DNA of 64,000 nucleotides from Camelus ferus (Eukaryota): NCBI RefSeq assembly GCF_009834535.1, contig NC_045697.1, positions 83,826,001-83,890,000 of the forward strand. The letters run 5' to 3'. The notes beneath the pieces are model-generated. The model did no database searches and was not told where the DNA came from. It was given only the letters and a program-made list of their open reading frames with translations. Shown piece after piece: positions 1 to 14,320 of the stretch. The first letter of the stretch is position 1; every line of letters starts with the position of its first letter. A program made the position numbers and the translations under genes.

Positions 1-43
1 GAACAGCAACAGGTAACTTTGTACTTTTGACATCTAACGTGTG
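1..43 (-). CDS. SEC24D: SEC24D coding exon (~exon 21), runs off the window start; HTLDVKSTKLPVAV...
   Basis: Minus strand reads ccctgcacag|CAC ACG TTA GAT GTC AAA AGT (AG at 45-44). Phase 0, continuing ...QLLPL, and matches the SEC24D segment HTLDVKS. Confidence 0.93.
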
Positions 44-166
44 CTGTGCAGGGAGAGGCAAGAGTCAGAATATCCACCCATCCTTTCCTTCCTTCCCTCC
101 CTCCCCTGTTAGTATTTGTTCCTCAACTTCAACCTTTTACCGTAGTTCTCGTCTCATGATCTACTA

Positions 167-445
<279 letters not shown>

Positions 446-742
446 TTAAGACCCGCTGCACTTTACCTGTAAAATAGAAGCCACATTTGCTTTTGTGGTT
501 GTGGAGAGGACTAAATGGTAACCCCTGCAAAGCACACAGAGTGCAGAACCTGGCCCAGAGTAGACGTTCAGAGGACGGCAGTGGTTTTGTTTTATCTGGT
601 GCCCCAGCAGCTTGGCATCGGCATCACCAGCGCAACCCCTGCCCAGGCTGCCCAAGCGCTGCCACCTACCAGATGTGTGACCCTGGCAAGTCACTTGCCC
701 TCTTTCTCTGCTGAGGAAAAGAGAAGCACCTCTACTTCCTAA

Positions 743-835
743 TCATGGGGTTGTTACGAGAATTAAATGATTTTCAATTTGTGAAGCACTCATAAATAAT
801 GCCTGGCACATAGCATCATATATATATTTACTAAA
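743..835 (+). mobile_element. MIR SINE 3' fragment
   Basis: ggggttgttacgagaattaaatga...aagcact...tgcctggcacatag resembles the MIR tail. Confidence 0.65.
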
Positions 836-2019
836 TAAAAATGAAATAAATAAGCAGTAGAAGTTGGTAACACAGGTTAGGAAATAACTGGAGTTCAAGA
901 ACAGCATTTCCAGCTGCCCACAAGATAGCACTTCCTTTTTGTGCCTTGTGCATCTTAAACTCGCACAGACTCGTCACACACTGAACGAGTGCCACATGTC
1001 AGGTTCCAAGCAAAGTATCAACATGCTACAGAGGAGTGAGGCATGGTCCACGTCACAAGATGTCTAACACCCACTGGGGATAACAGACATATAAATAGGT
1101 AAACTATAATAAGGAAATTGCAATACGAGAGAGAGAAACTAAAACAGGAGATGCTTCGGGAATTCATTAGGTGTGTCACTACTGAATGATAACAGGAAAA
1201 AATCAAACTCCTACAATCCACAAACATGTTCTTCCTCTGTGTTTCCTATTTTAGATACTAGAACTACCAGATGAACCCTAACGTCACTGTTGCTTCACCT
1301 TCAATGAGTGAATGACTTCTTTCTATTCTGTCTTTATAATCCACCTGTACCCTCCTCTCCATCCTCACTTTAGCTCACCTGACCTCATTCTGACTTCCTG
1401 CTCACCGCTTCAAAGTACATACCATAATGTGATGCTACAAATAATAACACTACGCAGCAATTCTAGAAACAACTGGATGGGTTAAAAGAAATTACAAATA
1501 ATTTGCCTGTGTGTTTAAACTGCTTCTCAACTCAGTTACATAAATGTGGCTAAGAGTCAAGACTGACTGGTCTGAGTGTCACTTCCATTTAACAGCAAAT
1601 CAATGGACAAGGAAGTATCCAGAAGAAATATATATATAGGAGGTAATGATAATTTGCAAATAGAAATATCTGGTCTATAAATTCCTGATTTCTTTTTAGC
1701 TATCTTAATGATGAAAAAGAATATACACTGACCAGAATCCACACTGAAAGAAACATTCCCTCAAGGCTCTGTTAGGGTTTGTTCCTCAACTAAAATCCCT
1801 TTCAGGTGTCTTCTCATGATCCACTAAGTAAGAAATGGGTGAGACAGAACTAACTAGCTCAGGCAAAAATATTTCAGAGCAATTCTACTTTGCAGTTTGT
1901 TTTCCCTCTCAACTTTTCTCTCCTTTCAAAGAACCAAAGACTTACATAAATGCATGTTTCCTCATGTGAGTAGGACACTTTCTTGTCTTCTTGTGATTTT
2001 TCCTCTAGCATAAAGTTCT

Positions 2020-2474
2020 TATTTTTTTTTTTTTAGCATTCTTATTTTTTTTTAATTGAGGTATAATCAATGTTCAACATTAGGTTTCACTAGTTTCAGG
2101 TATACAGCATAATAATTCAATGTTTTTATATGTTGCAAAATGATCACCACAATAAATCAAGTTAACATCTGTCATCATACTGTTACAGGATGTTTTTTCT
2201 CTGATAAGAACTTTTAATATTTATTCTCTTAGCAACTTTCAAATATGCAAGATAATATTATTAACTAGAGTTGCCATGCCGTCCATCTCCGTGACTTATT
2301 TTATAACTGGAAGTTTGTACCTTCTGAGCCCCTTTTTGCCCACTCCCCACCCCCTTCATGCCTATGGGGTCCACCAATCTGCTCTCAGTATCTATGAGCT
2401 TTTGGGGGTTTGTTTGTTTTTCAGATTCCACATACAGGTGAAATCATATGGTATTTGTCTCTCTCTGACTTATT
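2020..2474 (-). mobile_element. L1 3'-UTR fragment, 5'-truncated
   Basis: T-tract, then aattgaggtataat...cagattccacatacaggtgaaatcatatggtatttgtct (reverse L1 3' end). Possible TSD tagca(t/g)aaag at 2006-2015 and 2475-2484. Confidence 0.8.
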
Positions 2475-3329
2475 TAGCAGAAAGCACTTTTGTTTGACAT
2501 TTGGTAGTGGATTATGTTTTCAGCCGAGGAAAATTAAGACCCAGAGATGGAGGACACAGATCATTGTCATATTCCAGAACCATGCGGCCTCAGTGCTATT
2601 TCTGGGCTAATTACCAGTTAGGCATCTTACATGTTATGGATTAAGAATGTTCTTAGACTCCCGTACAGAAGCATGGTCATGCAGTTTTTTAATATCTTGC
2701 AAGTCACTGGTGGCTTCTCATTAATCAGGTCATATTAATACAGTTTAGAAATCTGTTGTCCTAAATACCACAAAAAGATGAGCTTGGTTCCTGGTAACAG
2801 TATCAGGACTATTAAGTCTGATGAGAGGTGACTGGATTATGGAGGCAGAGGAAAGGAAACAGAGGAAGTAAGAAGGAAAATTTATGGTAAAAAAGAAAAA
2901 TGAAGTGAAAGACGGTATCAGTCCGTGTTTTTGAGGTGGGGAAGAAAATGGTGGCAACAGATGACTACTTAAAATCTTTCCCCACCTCCCTGATCCACTC
3001 CATAAATAACGGTATTATTCTAGGGGAGAAAAGGTGTGAGTGAGGAGGGAGTGGAAATTCATATGAATCCAGTTTGACTGAATTTGCAGAATCTGTCTCT
3101 TCTTTGGGGTTTTGAAGTAATAGATGTGGTAATGAAAAAAAAAAACCACTGCAGTTAAGGTCATCGACTTGCCTTTTGAAGTCGGTGTACTTCCACATGA
3201 TGCAACATATTTAAGTTCAGAACAGTGAGTTGTTAGATTTAATTTAAAAAAGAAATTATGTTGCTTATGTAAGCTTAAAAAATTGTTTTCATGCTGTTTT
3301 TGGTTATGTGTCTTAACCCAGCATCCATC

Positions 3330-3390
3330 CATGGCCCCCAGAGTGGATGCCTCCTTAAATTTTGCACCCTAAGGAAAAGCAGGTCTGCTG
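3330..3390. mobile_element. MER91-like hAT DNA transposon remnant
   Basis: gcctccttaaattttgcaccctaagg resembles the MER91 core as I recall it. Confidence 0.4.
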
Positions 3391-5200
3391 AGGTCCAGTA
3401 ACATATAATCTGAGCGTAAAGCTCCTTAACAGTCTTGCTTGGATCCAGGAAGCTTCGGGGTCCATGGTAAAAGGGTGGAATTCCTTGATGAATCTCTCTA
3501 CAGAAATTACTTCTTGCAAGTAAACTATGGAAGGCCACCAAATCTGAATTCTCTGAATTTACATTCTCTAAAGAGAACTCCAAGTCTAACCATTATATTT
3601 TTAAATAATGGTATATTTTAATATAGTTGCTAACAGTTTTATTTACATTTTCCCCACTCCATGATGGATAGTCCAAGGGGACCTAAGTTAAACGTACACT
3701 TGAAATGTGCTAGAGGAGAAAGAAAAATCTCCAAAAGAACAGGAATAATCTTTATCAACTTTTTTGAGAAAAATATTGGCATCATAACATTGTTACTCCA
3801 GAAATAATTAAACTGTGGAAACAGAGGACCTAGTAGTAAGGCAAAGCTTTTAATTTTAAACCAGGAGGAACCAACAAATTTTATTTCTTTCCTTAAATAG
3901 GCAATAGATTTGTTTTTAACTTAAGGTTTTTGAAGTCAATTGTTTAAAGGTTAGCAAATAAACTTCCTGAGAGGACACTAACTGTACCTGTTCTTCTTCA
4001 AAGAATCCTTCTGAAGTGTGAGCTACTCCAGAGACAGTCATGTTTCCAGAGCTCAAAAACAAATAGCAAAACTGGGGTATGAAGTGATCAGGGCTTAGGT
4101 CCAGCTGCACCTGGTGGGCTCTGTGGAAATTAAACACGCATGCTCTGAAGTAGGACTGATACCGGAGTTCCCCAAACTGGCAACTCCTCTGAGTAATAAA
4201 GAGGACTGACATACAGATTCGAGAGTTGCTCCTGTGATTATCAACAGGAGATGAAAGAATGGATGCTGCTTTAATCACTCTGGACAGCACAGAAAGGAAT
4301 TTTTGTGTCAAGTCCAAGCTAACTAACTATCTGTATTTGTTTTCATTTCCTTCTTCACTCTGATTATGAATTTGGCCCCAGATGTATCTGCACCACTGCT
4401 GCTTCTGCAGGGTTGCCCTGGGTGGGGTTTCTGGTGTCCTTTCAGCACTCACTATCAACCAGGAGTTAAAACCAGAACGTTTTCCCGTATGTTCTTCACT
4501 GTCTTCTTTTTAATTCAAATTCTATACTCGGATATTCAACACACAACTATGAAAAATGGCATCTTAATTCACATACGGAAGAATATGAAAAAGGACAGGT
4601 ACAAAATGAATGTGCATAAGAAGTTCTACTCTTTTGTTTTTACAAGAGACAGGCTTATCTGAAGGATCTTCTAAAATTTCAAATTATTACAAATTACTAG
4701 TTCTTTCAAAACTCTTCATACCTATTATTAATTTTTAAATAAAAAGAACTCTGAAATTTATAAACTGTATTTATGTTTGTAAGAGATCAAGAAGCCATTA
4801 CTGCCATTAGCGCATGTCAGCTTTGTTAATACGTCCAAAAGGTACTTAACCCATCCACATTTCACAATGTAATATCCATCTCTGTATGCAAGAGAGAATC
4901 CCATTTATATTAACATTTCTTACCTATAACATTCTTTTGTTTATACATAATGTAGTGGCTGTCAACCTAATCTGCACACATATTTTTTGGGTTCATGCAT
5001 CTTGTAAAGCCAGTAAGTTTTTTAACGTTAGCTGTAAAAATACCACAGTCCCCCCAAATGGCATTGTCAGTCTTCTTGGTTATATGGTTTACTGCACAGC
5101 ATTTAAGTGCCTGGAACATGATAAGCCTTTACGAGCAGGATGCTGAGTGAACAGAAGTCGTTGGTAACACTTTAGCACCTGAGGACAGCAGGTGGCTTAC

Positions 5201-5319
5201 CTGGCTTGCTGCAGGTGGATTTGCACAATTCTTCCGGTAACAGGCCAACATGTGGGCAGTCTGATTAACTAAAATTTCCCGAATGACCTTCAAGGGCTGG
5301 TGTAAAACTGCTTTAAAAG
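5201..5319 (-). CDS. SEC24D: SEC24D coding exon (~exon 19), 119 nt; (A)[39 protein letters not shown]
   Basis: Acceptor gcaaatag|CT, donor CAG|gtaagc, phase 1/0. Contains the Sec24[11 protein letters not shown] motif. Confidence 0.97.
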
Positions 5320-5742
5320 CTATTTGCACAAAACAATGAAAAGGGCATCAAAGTTTAGCTCAGAAATTGATTATTTTTATAATACTAAAGAAGAACAAAA
5401 ATTGCTATTATCTTGAGACCACTCAGCAGGGAATAACAGCACTTAAAAATGTTCAAGTCATTTGCTAATGCTCTCCTCTTGACTAAGTATGATGATCAGG
5501 CCAATGGAGAACAACACGTACCTATAACAAAAGGCAGGTTAACTGGTCCTGATTTTTTCTCAGAGTATTAGCAACAGAACTCTACACGCAGAGAAAAGAA
5601 AGACCAGTCTTCCATCTTCAAATGTTCTGAATTCCTATCAGCTGGATTGTTCTTTCTTCTAAATCTTAGTGTAGAATTTCAACTGGGGTTTGGGGCAAGG
5701 GGGGAGAAGGAGCCAGAAAACTACCTCGGGCCCCTACCATTA

Positions 5743-6249
<507 letters not shown>

Positions 6250-7129
6250 TTAGCACATTCACCCAAGCTAGCCTGACTTCTGTTTACAGAACGGCGCGTG
6301 CAGCTAAAAGACCTCTAAACTTGGCCTGCAAAATTTTTTCCATTTTTGCTAAGGATTGAACAACAACACATGAGGGAGGAATACACTGGGTTTCCATGTA
6401 GCATTTCACTCGTTTAAACACAGTTCTTCACGTCAAAGATCTGTTTGCACTTCCACAACTAGACTACATTTCCCATCTCAGATTTCACTGTCAGGGATTC
6501 AGGTTCAGAAATAATACCTGCATGTTCTCATAGTCCTGCTCAAGGCTCACTTTGCTTAAAAACAGACAACTAGCTTTGGTGATGCACTCGATTTTTATAC
6601 AAATGATACATGTATCCGTTTCAGGAGTGCACGTTAGAGTTCTTCTTTAACTTGATGGCAGCCTCTCTCCCTGGAGGAGGTGACGATGCTCTTGTCTGAA
6701 AACTATGACTGTTAGAATTTCTCCTGTTTTAATTCTAAGCCTCCATGGCTTCTAAATTTCATTTACTACCAAGCCAACTCCTATTGATACTTGCTTGTGA
6801 CATGACAACATGTGCTCAGCACAGTGTCTGGCGTCTGGCAGGAGCGCAGCAAAGGAGGGAGCGAGTGGGTCCTGGAGCGTGAGAGAACTGAGGGGGCCGG
6901 CAGCCAGTGCGCTGACGCCTGCCATCCTGACCTCAAGTCGGCGGGGCCCTCGTGCAAACACAAAACCATCATTCCTTCACATAAACAGCATATGAATCAG
7001 AGCACTCTAATCTAGTGACTTCTGCCTTTGGAGAAATAGAGTTGAATTTCTTAACAGAGAGACTAACATAGTTCACGGTATTTGAGTCTCCCCACTTACC
7101 ACTGTCAGTAACAAAGCAAAAACATTTTA

Positions 7130-7318
<189 letters not shown>

Positions 7319-7408
7319 TTACTGCTGTTTTCTTTGTTGGCCTGTTACTAGTTTGAAGAGGAAACAAATGACCAATAAAGACCTAAAAACAGTACAAAGG
7401 AATAGTAC

Positions 7409-7505
7409 CTGTGCTGGTACGAACTCTCATAATAGCATCAAATCCTATTTTCTTCTCAATATCATTTCTGAGGTCATTCAAAAATTGTTGACTGTCCAAG
7501 TGCAC
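7409..7505 (-). CDS. SEC24D: SEC24D coding exon (~exon 16), 97 nt; [32 protein letters not shown]
   Basis: Acceptor ctttatttttcag|GTG, donor CAG|gtacta, phase 0/1. Contains the [11 protein letters not shown] motif. Confidence 0.96.
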
Positions 7506-7527
7506 CTGAAAAATAAAGTATGGTCAC

Positions 7528-7546
7528 TGTCCACCAGGTGGCAGTA
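7528..7546 (+). promoter_or_regulatory. Candidate CTCF site
   Basis: tgtCCACCAGGTGGCAGta fits the CTCF core CCASYAGRKGGCRS. Motif evidence only. Confidence 0.5.
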
Positions 7547-8464
7547 AAATACTTAAAATAAGAATTCTTATTTAAAAAAAAAAAAAAACTCGATTAAAAC
7601 CCACTTTATCCAGAAATCTTAGGGTTCGTAAAGCCTTTTCAATGTGATTTCATTTGTAATCTTTGGTCTTATCAAGTCCCTTAGCTGGTTTACAGGGTAA
7701 ATATGTAGCTCAGTGATTTTTTTTGTATTGATGAGAAATAAAAATAGATGATTAACATTTGTCATTTATGTTGGGGGAACACTCCATGTTTCCACGTGGA
7801 GGTACATATCTTAGAGGCTCCCCTCGCCCCAACACCTTCCCCTCCGGTGATGGCAGGTGACTTATCTGCTGTGTAAGTGTGGGAACAGGATCCAGGTGCA
7901 CATAGCTCAGCCTCTTCTGCATCCTCTCTCTGGGGAGGCAGGCTGCCTGCAGGACCACACACTTCCTGGCCCTCAGTACGGTAGCTTGCAAGGGACAGGT
8001 GTCCACAGGCGAAGCCTGTAGCTGTGCCCACTTTATGCCTCGGGGTGTGAGTCTGTCTCACTGAGGGGTGAAGTCTAGCAAGCCCACTTGCCTGCAGACC
8101 ATTACGGTGCTGACATTCTGATCATCTCTTGACTCTGTCTCTCAGTTCAGGCTTGGAAGAGAGGGTAGAATGAACTGGCCCCCAAATCATAACAAGTTAA
8201 AACAAGTATGTGGTCACTTTTAAAAACAGTATCTTAAGATATGTAATAAAAAATGTAAAAATTTTACATAAAATAAATTTTCCCTCCAACATGGAAGCTA
8301 ACATTGACATTCAACTCTGTGGCTGAACAAGCTCAGTCTGTTGCCAGACACTGAGGGAGAGGAAAGCAGTTACATAATCACCTGTACACCCGTTTCCGTC
8401 ACCTCTAGAGTTTACACCTGTCAGCTGCCCACAAGGGGGCACAGCTTTCTCAACCTACAATCTA

Positions 8465-8731
<267 letters not shown>

Positions 8732-9411
8732 TCATGTTTCTGGTTTCGGTTTTTCATTTCTACTGGATTCTTACTGAATTTTTTTTAATGGAAAAAATTC
8801 TTTTTTTCCAGTTAAGTGGCCCGGGGTGACTGAATGAGCTGTGGTATCATCAGTGCGGCGGCCACTGCCTAAGACCGCGTGTGTGCCCGGCATGTGCCAT
8901 GTGAAACGTGTGCCCAACTGTGTGTGACCTCCGACAACTCTAGTGAAGCCGGCAGTGCTCTCCCCCTCACAGACCGAGATGAGGCACCTTGCCACCTCAT
9001 GGGTCATCCTTCCCACTGACTTGTCCCCATGTCTACACTGCCCACAGGCTGGAGCAAAGCGGATTTTGAGCACCAGCCACCTCTACTTGATAGCTCAGGA
9101 GTGCTGTCGTGTGCAGCCCCCACGTTCTCCCTCTATCCTGATCTTCCGTTTGCATTTCCCCCATTTCTCCCGTGTCTGGAATAGCCTTATCTCTCAGTCT
9201 CTCACACAGATCGTATGTGAAAAAAGGTTGAGACCTTATCTTAATGCAGGTATATTCCCGACATCAGGTCTTGTAGAACAGACAATTTCTTAAATTAATT
9301 GCACTTCACATTCTCTCTGCAACGTACAACGTCCTGGATTTATACATTACATTTAACCTCTCCCCTTTTCCTATACAAAGCACACGTTCCCTCTCTCTTC
9401 ACTCCCTTTTA

Positions 9412-9600
<189 letters not shown>

Positions 9601-9659
9601 CTAAAAAATGAGTCTTGGATGGAAAAGTTTTATTTTAAGGGATTCAGATATATAAACTA

Positions 9660-9820
9660 TTAGTACTTTCCATGAGCCAAGCACTGTATACATCTCATTT
9701 AATCCTCACAACAGCCTTGTGCCTTACATAGATCAGGAAACTGAGGCTCTGAGAGGATACATGATTTGCCTAAAGTCACACAAGTTGTAAACGAAAAAGC
9801 CAATATTTAAATGTCGGTCT
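9660..9820 (-). mobile_element. MIR SINE
   Basis: catctcatttaatcctcacaac...gaaactgaggctctgagagg...tgatttgcctaaagtcacac is the MIR core in reverse. Confidence 0.8.
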
Positions 9821-10494
9821 CTATACCATGATGTTTTAAAAACCTATTAAAATGATGTGCCAAGGTAAAAATACTTTCTTGTTTAGCCAACAATATAGGA
9901 CTAGGTGACTCCTACGATGCCAAAGTAAATGACAGGATTCTCAGGCTCAGGAGGCAACAGAAGCTCTTCTTTGAAACCGTTCATAAATATAGATTAAACC
10001 TGAAGTGGTATTTCAAGGAAGAGAGCACAAGAATGCAGTGGTGTTGTGGCAACAGCAGACACAGGGAACCAGCTATCGGGCAAGGTGACAAAAGGAAAAA
10101 AATGTGGGATCAAGATTACACTGTACACCTGTAGTCCCTGGGAAGCAACAGAAAGACCAAGAAGGCTCCAAGAGTCAAATCAGCATTAAAAAATATTTGA
10201 AATCTTATTTAAGGAGCTAGGAAGTAACCTCCCAAGCAAAATTGACTGAAATTAGGTGATTCAATATATTCTATCGCTCCCCTCCCCCAGTCTTGCCTTC
10301 CTCCAACCGCCCTCCCGCCCCCGGGCACATGGCTGCCAGAGCACGGTCTTTGAAAGAAAGGCCTCTGTTCTGATCACATACAGGGCTTTTCTCCTTAAGA
10401 CTCCTGATGGCTTCCCGTCACAGGACAAAGTCCACATTCCTTTATCTGCGTGGGAGCTGGAAGGCTGGGAACCAGTGAGATGAGTTGCTACCAA

Positions 10495-10700
10495 CATTCA
10501 CTGTGTGCATCTCCGTGCCGGGCCTCTAACACGTTTCTTACTTAACAGTCACAGCCTGGTGAAGGGGGTATTATGGCCTGTAAGTTAAGGATAGGAAACA
10601 CTGAGGCTCGTCCAATCTGCCCCAGGTCACACAGCCTGTAGAAAACATTTTCAAGGCCCTTTGAAGTTCAGTCTGAATTTCTTGCCAGTCTAACATCCAA
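10495..10700 (-). mobile_element. MIR SINE
   Basis: aaacactgaggctc...ctgccccaggtcacacagc. Confidence 0.6.
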
Positions 10701-11524
10701 CGTTTCCTCGCCCCTGCCATCCTCCGCACTGGAAGTTTCCACCACACAAGCTTCTTGTTTTTACCACGTGTTCCCTCTGCCTGGAACCCACCTCTCCCCT
10801 TCCTCGGCCTGGAGCTGCTGTTTGCAAAGACTGGGTCAGTGGCCGACACTGGTGTGCCTGCAGCAGCTGCAGGATGTGTTGTGAAGCTGTTTGCTAATAA
10901 TAAGGTACTTGGGTTTGTGAGTAACTTCCTTAAAAAGCCAAGGAAGAGAATTCAAGGGTCGCTCTGCCCTGATGTGTCTCACTGGGTGACATTCTGACAT
11001 GCTTTGTGGAGTGGGGCCCAGTGGCGGGGTCTCTGCTGACACACTGGGAAGGGGATATAACCTGTGCCCTGTCTTGTCTTTGCTGTGTGGCCAGGAGTGG
11101 GCTGCGTGAGTCTCCCACTGAAATGACGGACAGATGCAGCACTAGTAAGAAGCAAGGCAAGGCGGAGTGAAGCCGGGACCCACCCTGGATGTAACACTGC
11201 ACAGGAGAAAGACACTGTCCGCGCTTTCCCCAATAAGACAGTAGTTCCAACGCAAATCCAAGCACAAGGTACAGTAATGTTGATAATAATGTGTTAAATT
11301 TTTTGAAATTCTTTTTTTTCTTTTCTAGCACTTTGACTATTGTAAAAGTACTTTTTGTTTGTTTTAATTCAAGTAGGAGAAGGTATAAAACTTTTTTTTA
11401 AAGTCTATCTTCTCCCTGACTTTTCTTGCCTCGCCTACCCAACTCCCCTAAGGAATTCACGATCGAAAGTTCCTCTCTCCATCTAGATAGTCTCTACTCA
11501 TGGAAATACTGTGATTTTATGCCA

Positions 11525-11720
11525 CAGGAGTTATGAGCACGAGCCCTGGTCCCCATCTGCAGGGTCCAGAACCCCAGCCGCTGTATTAGCTGAGTGACAC
11601 CGGGCAAATTATTTACCTTCTCTCACCCCCAGTTACCTAGTTACATAACACAGGAAAAACAGTAACGACATAAAATATTGTTGGGAGAATTCAGTGACCC
11701 AGTATACGGTTTAATTATAA
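11525..11720 (+). mobile_element. MIR SINE
   Basis: agctgagtgacaccgggcaaattatttaccttctct...cagttacc. Confidence 0.6.
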
Positions 11721-13497
11721 TTAAACATACATGATTGCCTGGTTAATATTACCTATGGAGTAAAACCCTAAAGGAAAAAAATAGGCCCATTAAAATAAAG
11801 TTCAATATTGAAAAAAAAAGTAGCCATATTTATCTTTTTTTCCTTATATAAAGGCTATTCAAATTTCACATTTATAATTTCATGAATCACATCCTCTTAA
11901 AATCTTTTATAAGTAACAATAAAAGAAAGAGCACCTATGGCATTACATGCTTTCTAGCCCTACAAAATTCGTATGGTTTTACCAAAATCTGATTGTGCCC
12001 ACCTGAGTGTATCATCTAGGGTTAGATGAAAGACACATGTCATTCTTATTGGGATGGAAAACAGGTTGAAAAACGCCGGCATGGGGAACGCGTTGTTCCA
12101 AATTCAGCTCCAAGTCCTTCCCCCTGAGAGATGTGTTATTATCACCCTCAGCAGAGCCGGCTGCCTCTCCTTCCATGGCCCCACTCTACTTGGCAGATAG
12201 GACTCTTCTAGAATTAATGACCCTGGGTTACAACTTTATTCTACTGTCTTCTTGGATCAGAGGCTCCATGAAAAGGAAGGACTCTGACTTTTCTGCAATG
12301 TGTTTCTCCACGCCGCCCCAGGTCTAATGCCTTACACTCTACAGGTGTGCCATCAATCTTTGTGGAAGGAATGTTGTGAGGCATCACCTTGAAACCAAAT
12401 TCACGCACATATTAAGACAACTGAAAGATAACATTCCCCCCAACTAATGATCTACTTGAAGCCAACTACAAAGGGCCATTTCCCTCCGACTTTTTGCTAA
12501 ATTCTATTAATCAAGTTTTACAGAGGAAGTAAGGGACAACTCAGAAAACTGTTTGGAGGCTGGGTGAAAAGACAATGTCAGAAATTCACATATAGTTGAG
12601 TTATGACATTCAGATTTGGAAAGAGATGCAGATTTTGAAAGACCATGGGAAAAAAAGACACTGAGAGCACAAGATGCTGTGGACATGGAATCATGTAGAA
12701 CAGAAAATTGTGCATCAAAGTCTTTGGATGGACGGTTCAAGAACTTCTGAGAAAGCATGCATAAGAACTTTCCAAGCAGTCCCTCTTTATCTTTATGACA
12801 AATTAGCATATGTTTTGTGTTAGGTTTTGTCTACTGTCTTTGCTTGAAAACTTTATTACAACTAATTATATAGAGATTTGACTTGGCATCTATCTGACAG
12901 AAAGTAAAGCTATCATTCAAATGGGGGAGTCCAGTTCTAAAATGCCTTCACTTGGACACAAATAAGAAACATTGCACTTTGATGTTCTTCCAGTTTCTCC
13001 TCCCCATCCACCGAGGATGAGACTCTCACCTCTGGCCTCGTGTACAGAGTACCCTGAGCTACTCGGCTGAACTGCCGCCATCCTGGACTTTCCAGAGTTA
13101 CTCTTTGCTCTCCTCCCCACCCCCTTTTTTGGACATACTAGCAACAAACATCATACCTTGTATTACAGAGTTACATCCTTTCTGCCACACTGTAAGCAAC
13201 TTAGAAGCAGGGACAGCAGTCCTTACATTATAAAACATAGGCATTTAGTCAATCTTTGTAGATTAAGAGAACAAGTGAATGAATGATGTGGTCTCCTCAG
13301 TATTTAGATACTACCCTGCATTTTCTCAAAAGTGGTAGCTCTCAGCCTAATAACTTCAGGCATGAATGTGGGTACCCTTGTATACAAGTGACACAATTTT
13401 AAATCTGACTGAGTTTTGGCCACATGGGACCTGAAAAGAGGATGATATAATATGCCTGTCAGAGGTAACTAAACTATCATGCACACATCAGACATGT

Positions 13498-13523
13498 ACA
13501 CACACACACACACACACACACAC
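13498..13523. repeat. (AC)13 microsatellite
   Basis: Read directly. Confidence 0.95.
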
Positions 13524-14214
13524 TTTTAGCCTATTTGAAAACTTTTCCTTCTTCATCCAAACCTGATAAAGTTCCTAAGAGGCAGAAAGTGTAAATTGCA
13601 GAGACAAGCATCAATTGAACAGCAGCAGTTTCTGCAATGAATTTTAATCACCCAGAATCTTCCTGGAAGATGCAGGAGAAACTTCTTCATTAATTTGTTA
13701 TTTATAGCAACAATTTATTTATTTAAAAAAAAGCTTTGAGGAAATAGACAATTAAAGGCAATATACCATAGAATCGGTAAGGCAACTGTAAAGAACTAGG
13801 TATCAGTAAGAAGGTCGGGGAGAGAAGTAATTATATTAGAAAATCTACTCTAAGTAGAAGAAGTTATCTCTTTCTTGGTAGCTAAGGCTCAAAGAAACAT
13901 CATGAGTTAGAATGAGTGTAGCAACTGACTCTAGGAAACCAGTTAGCGAATCTTTCTACATGTGAGAAACTGAATCATGCAATAATGTCTCCACTTAATG
14001 TTCTGCACAAGAAAGAAACTTTCTCCATAGTGTTCTTCCTTAATTTAACCATTAAGTAAAAGCTTAGGGTAAGACGTTAAATCAAGGGTAACTGAAAGCA
14101 TTCTTAGCGCAAGTGGAACATAGGACATGTACGGGTCAGGTATGCCATTTTCTGGTGAGTTAACCTGGTGTGAGGATACTCTTGGAGGCTGCAGAGTGAA
14201 CAACAATTCTTTAT

Positions 14215-14320
14215 GCTGGTGGTTCCCAGATATGGATAATTAGCAGGACAAATTGGGGAGCTGCTGAGTCAGGATCTCTGGGAGTGAGGCCAGAAATCTG
14301 CTTTTTTAAAAAGCACCTGC
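14215..14320. mobile_element. MER5-like hAT-Charlie remnant
   Basis: ctgagtcaggatctctgggagtgaggccagaaatctgcttttttaaaaagcacc resembles MER5A. Confidence 0.55.

Noticed and set aside
3275..4317. ORFs of 102 and 133 aa in intron 19 as extra exons or a retrocopy
   Set aside because: The SEC24D frame joins 5201 to 400 without a gap, and I recognise no protein in these peptides. A BLASTX search would settle it.
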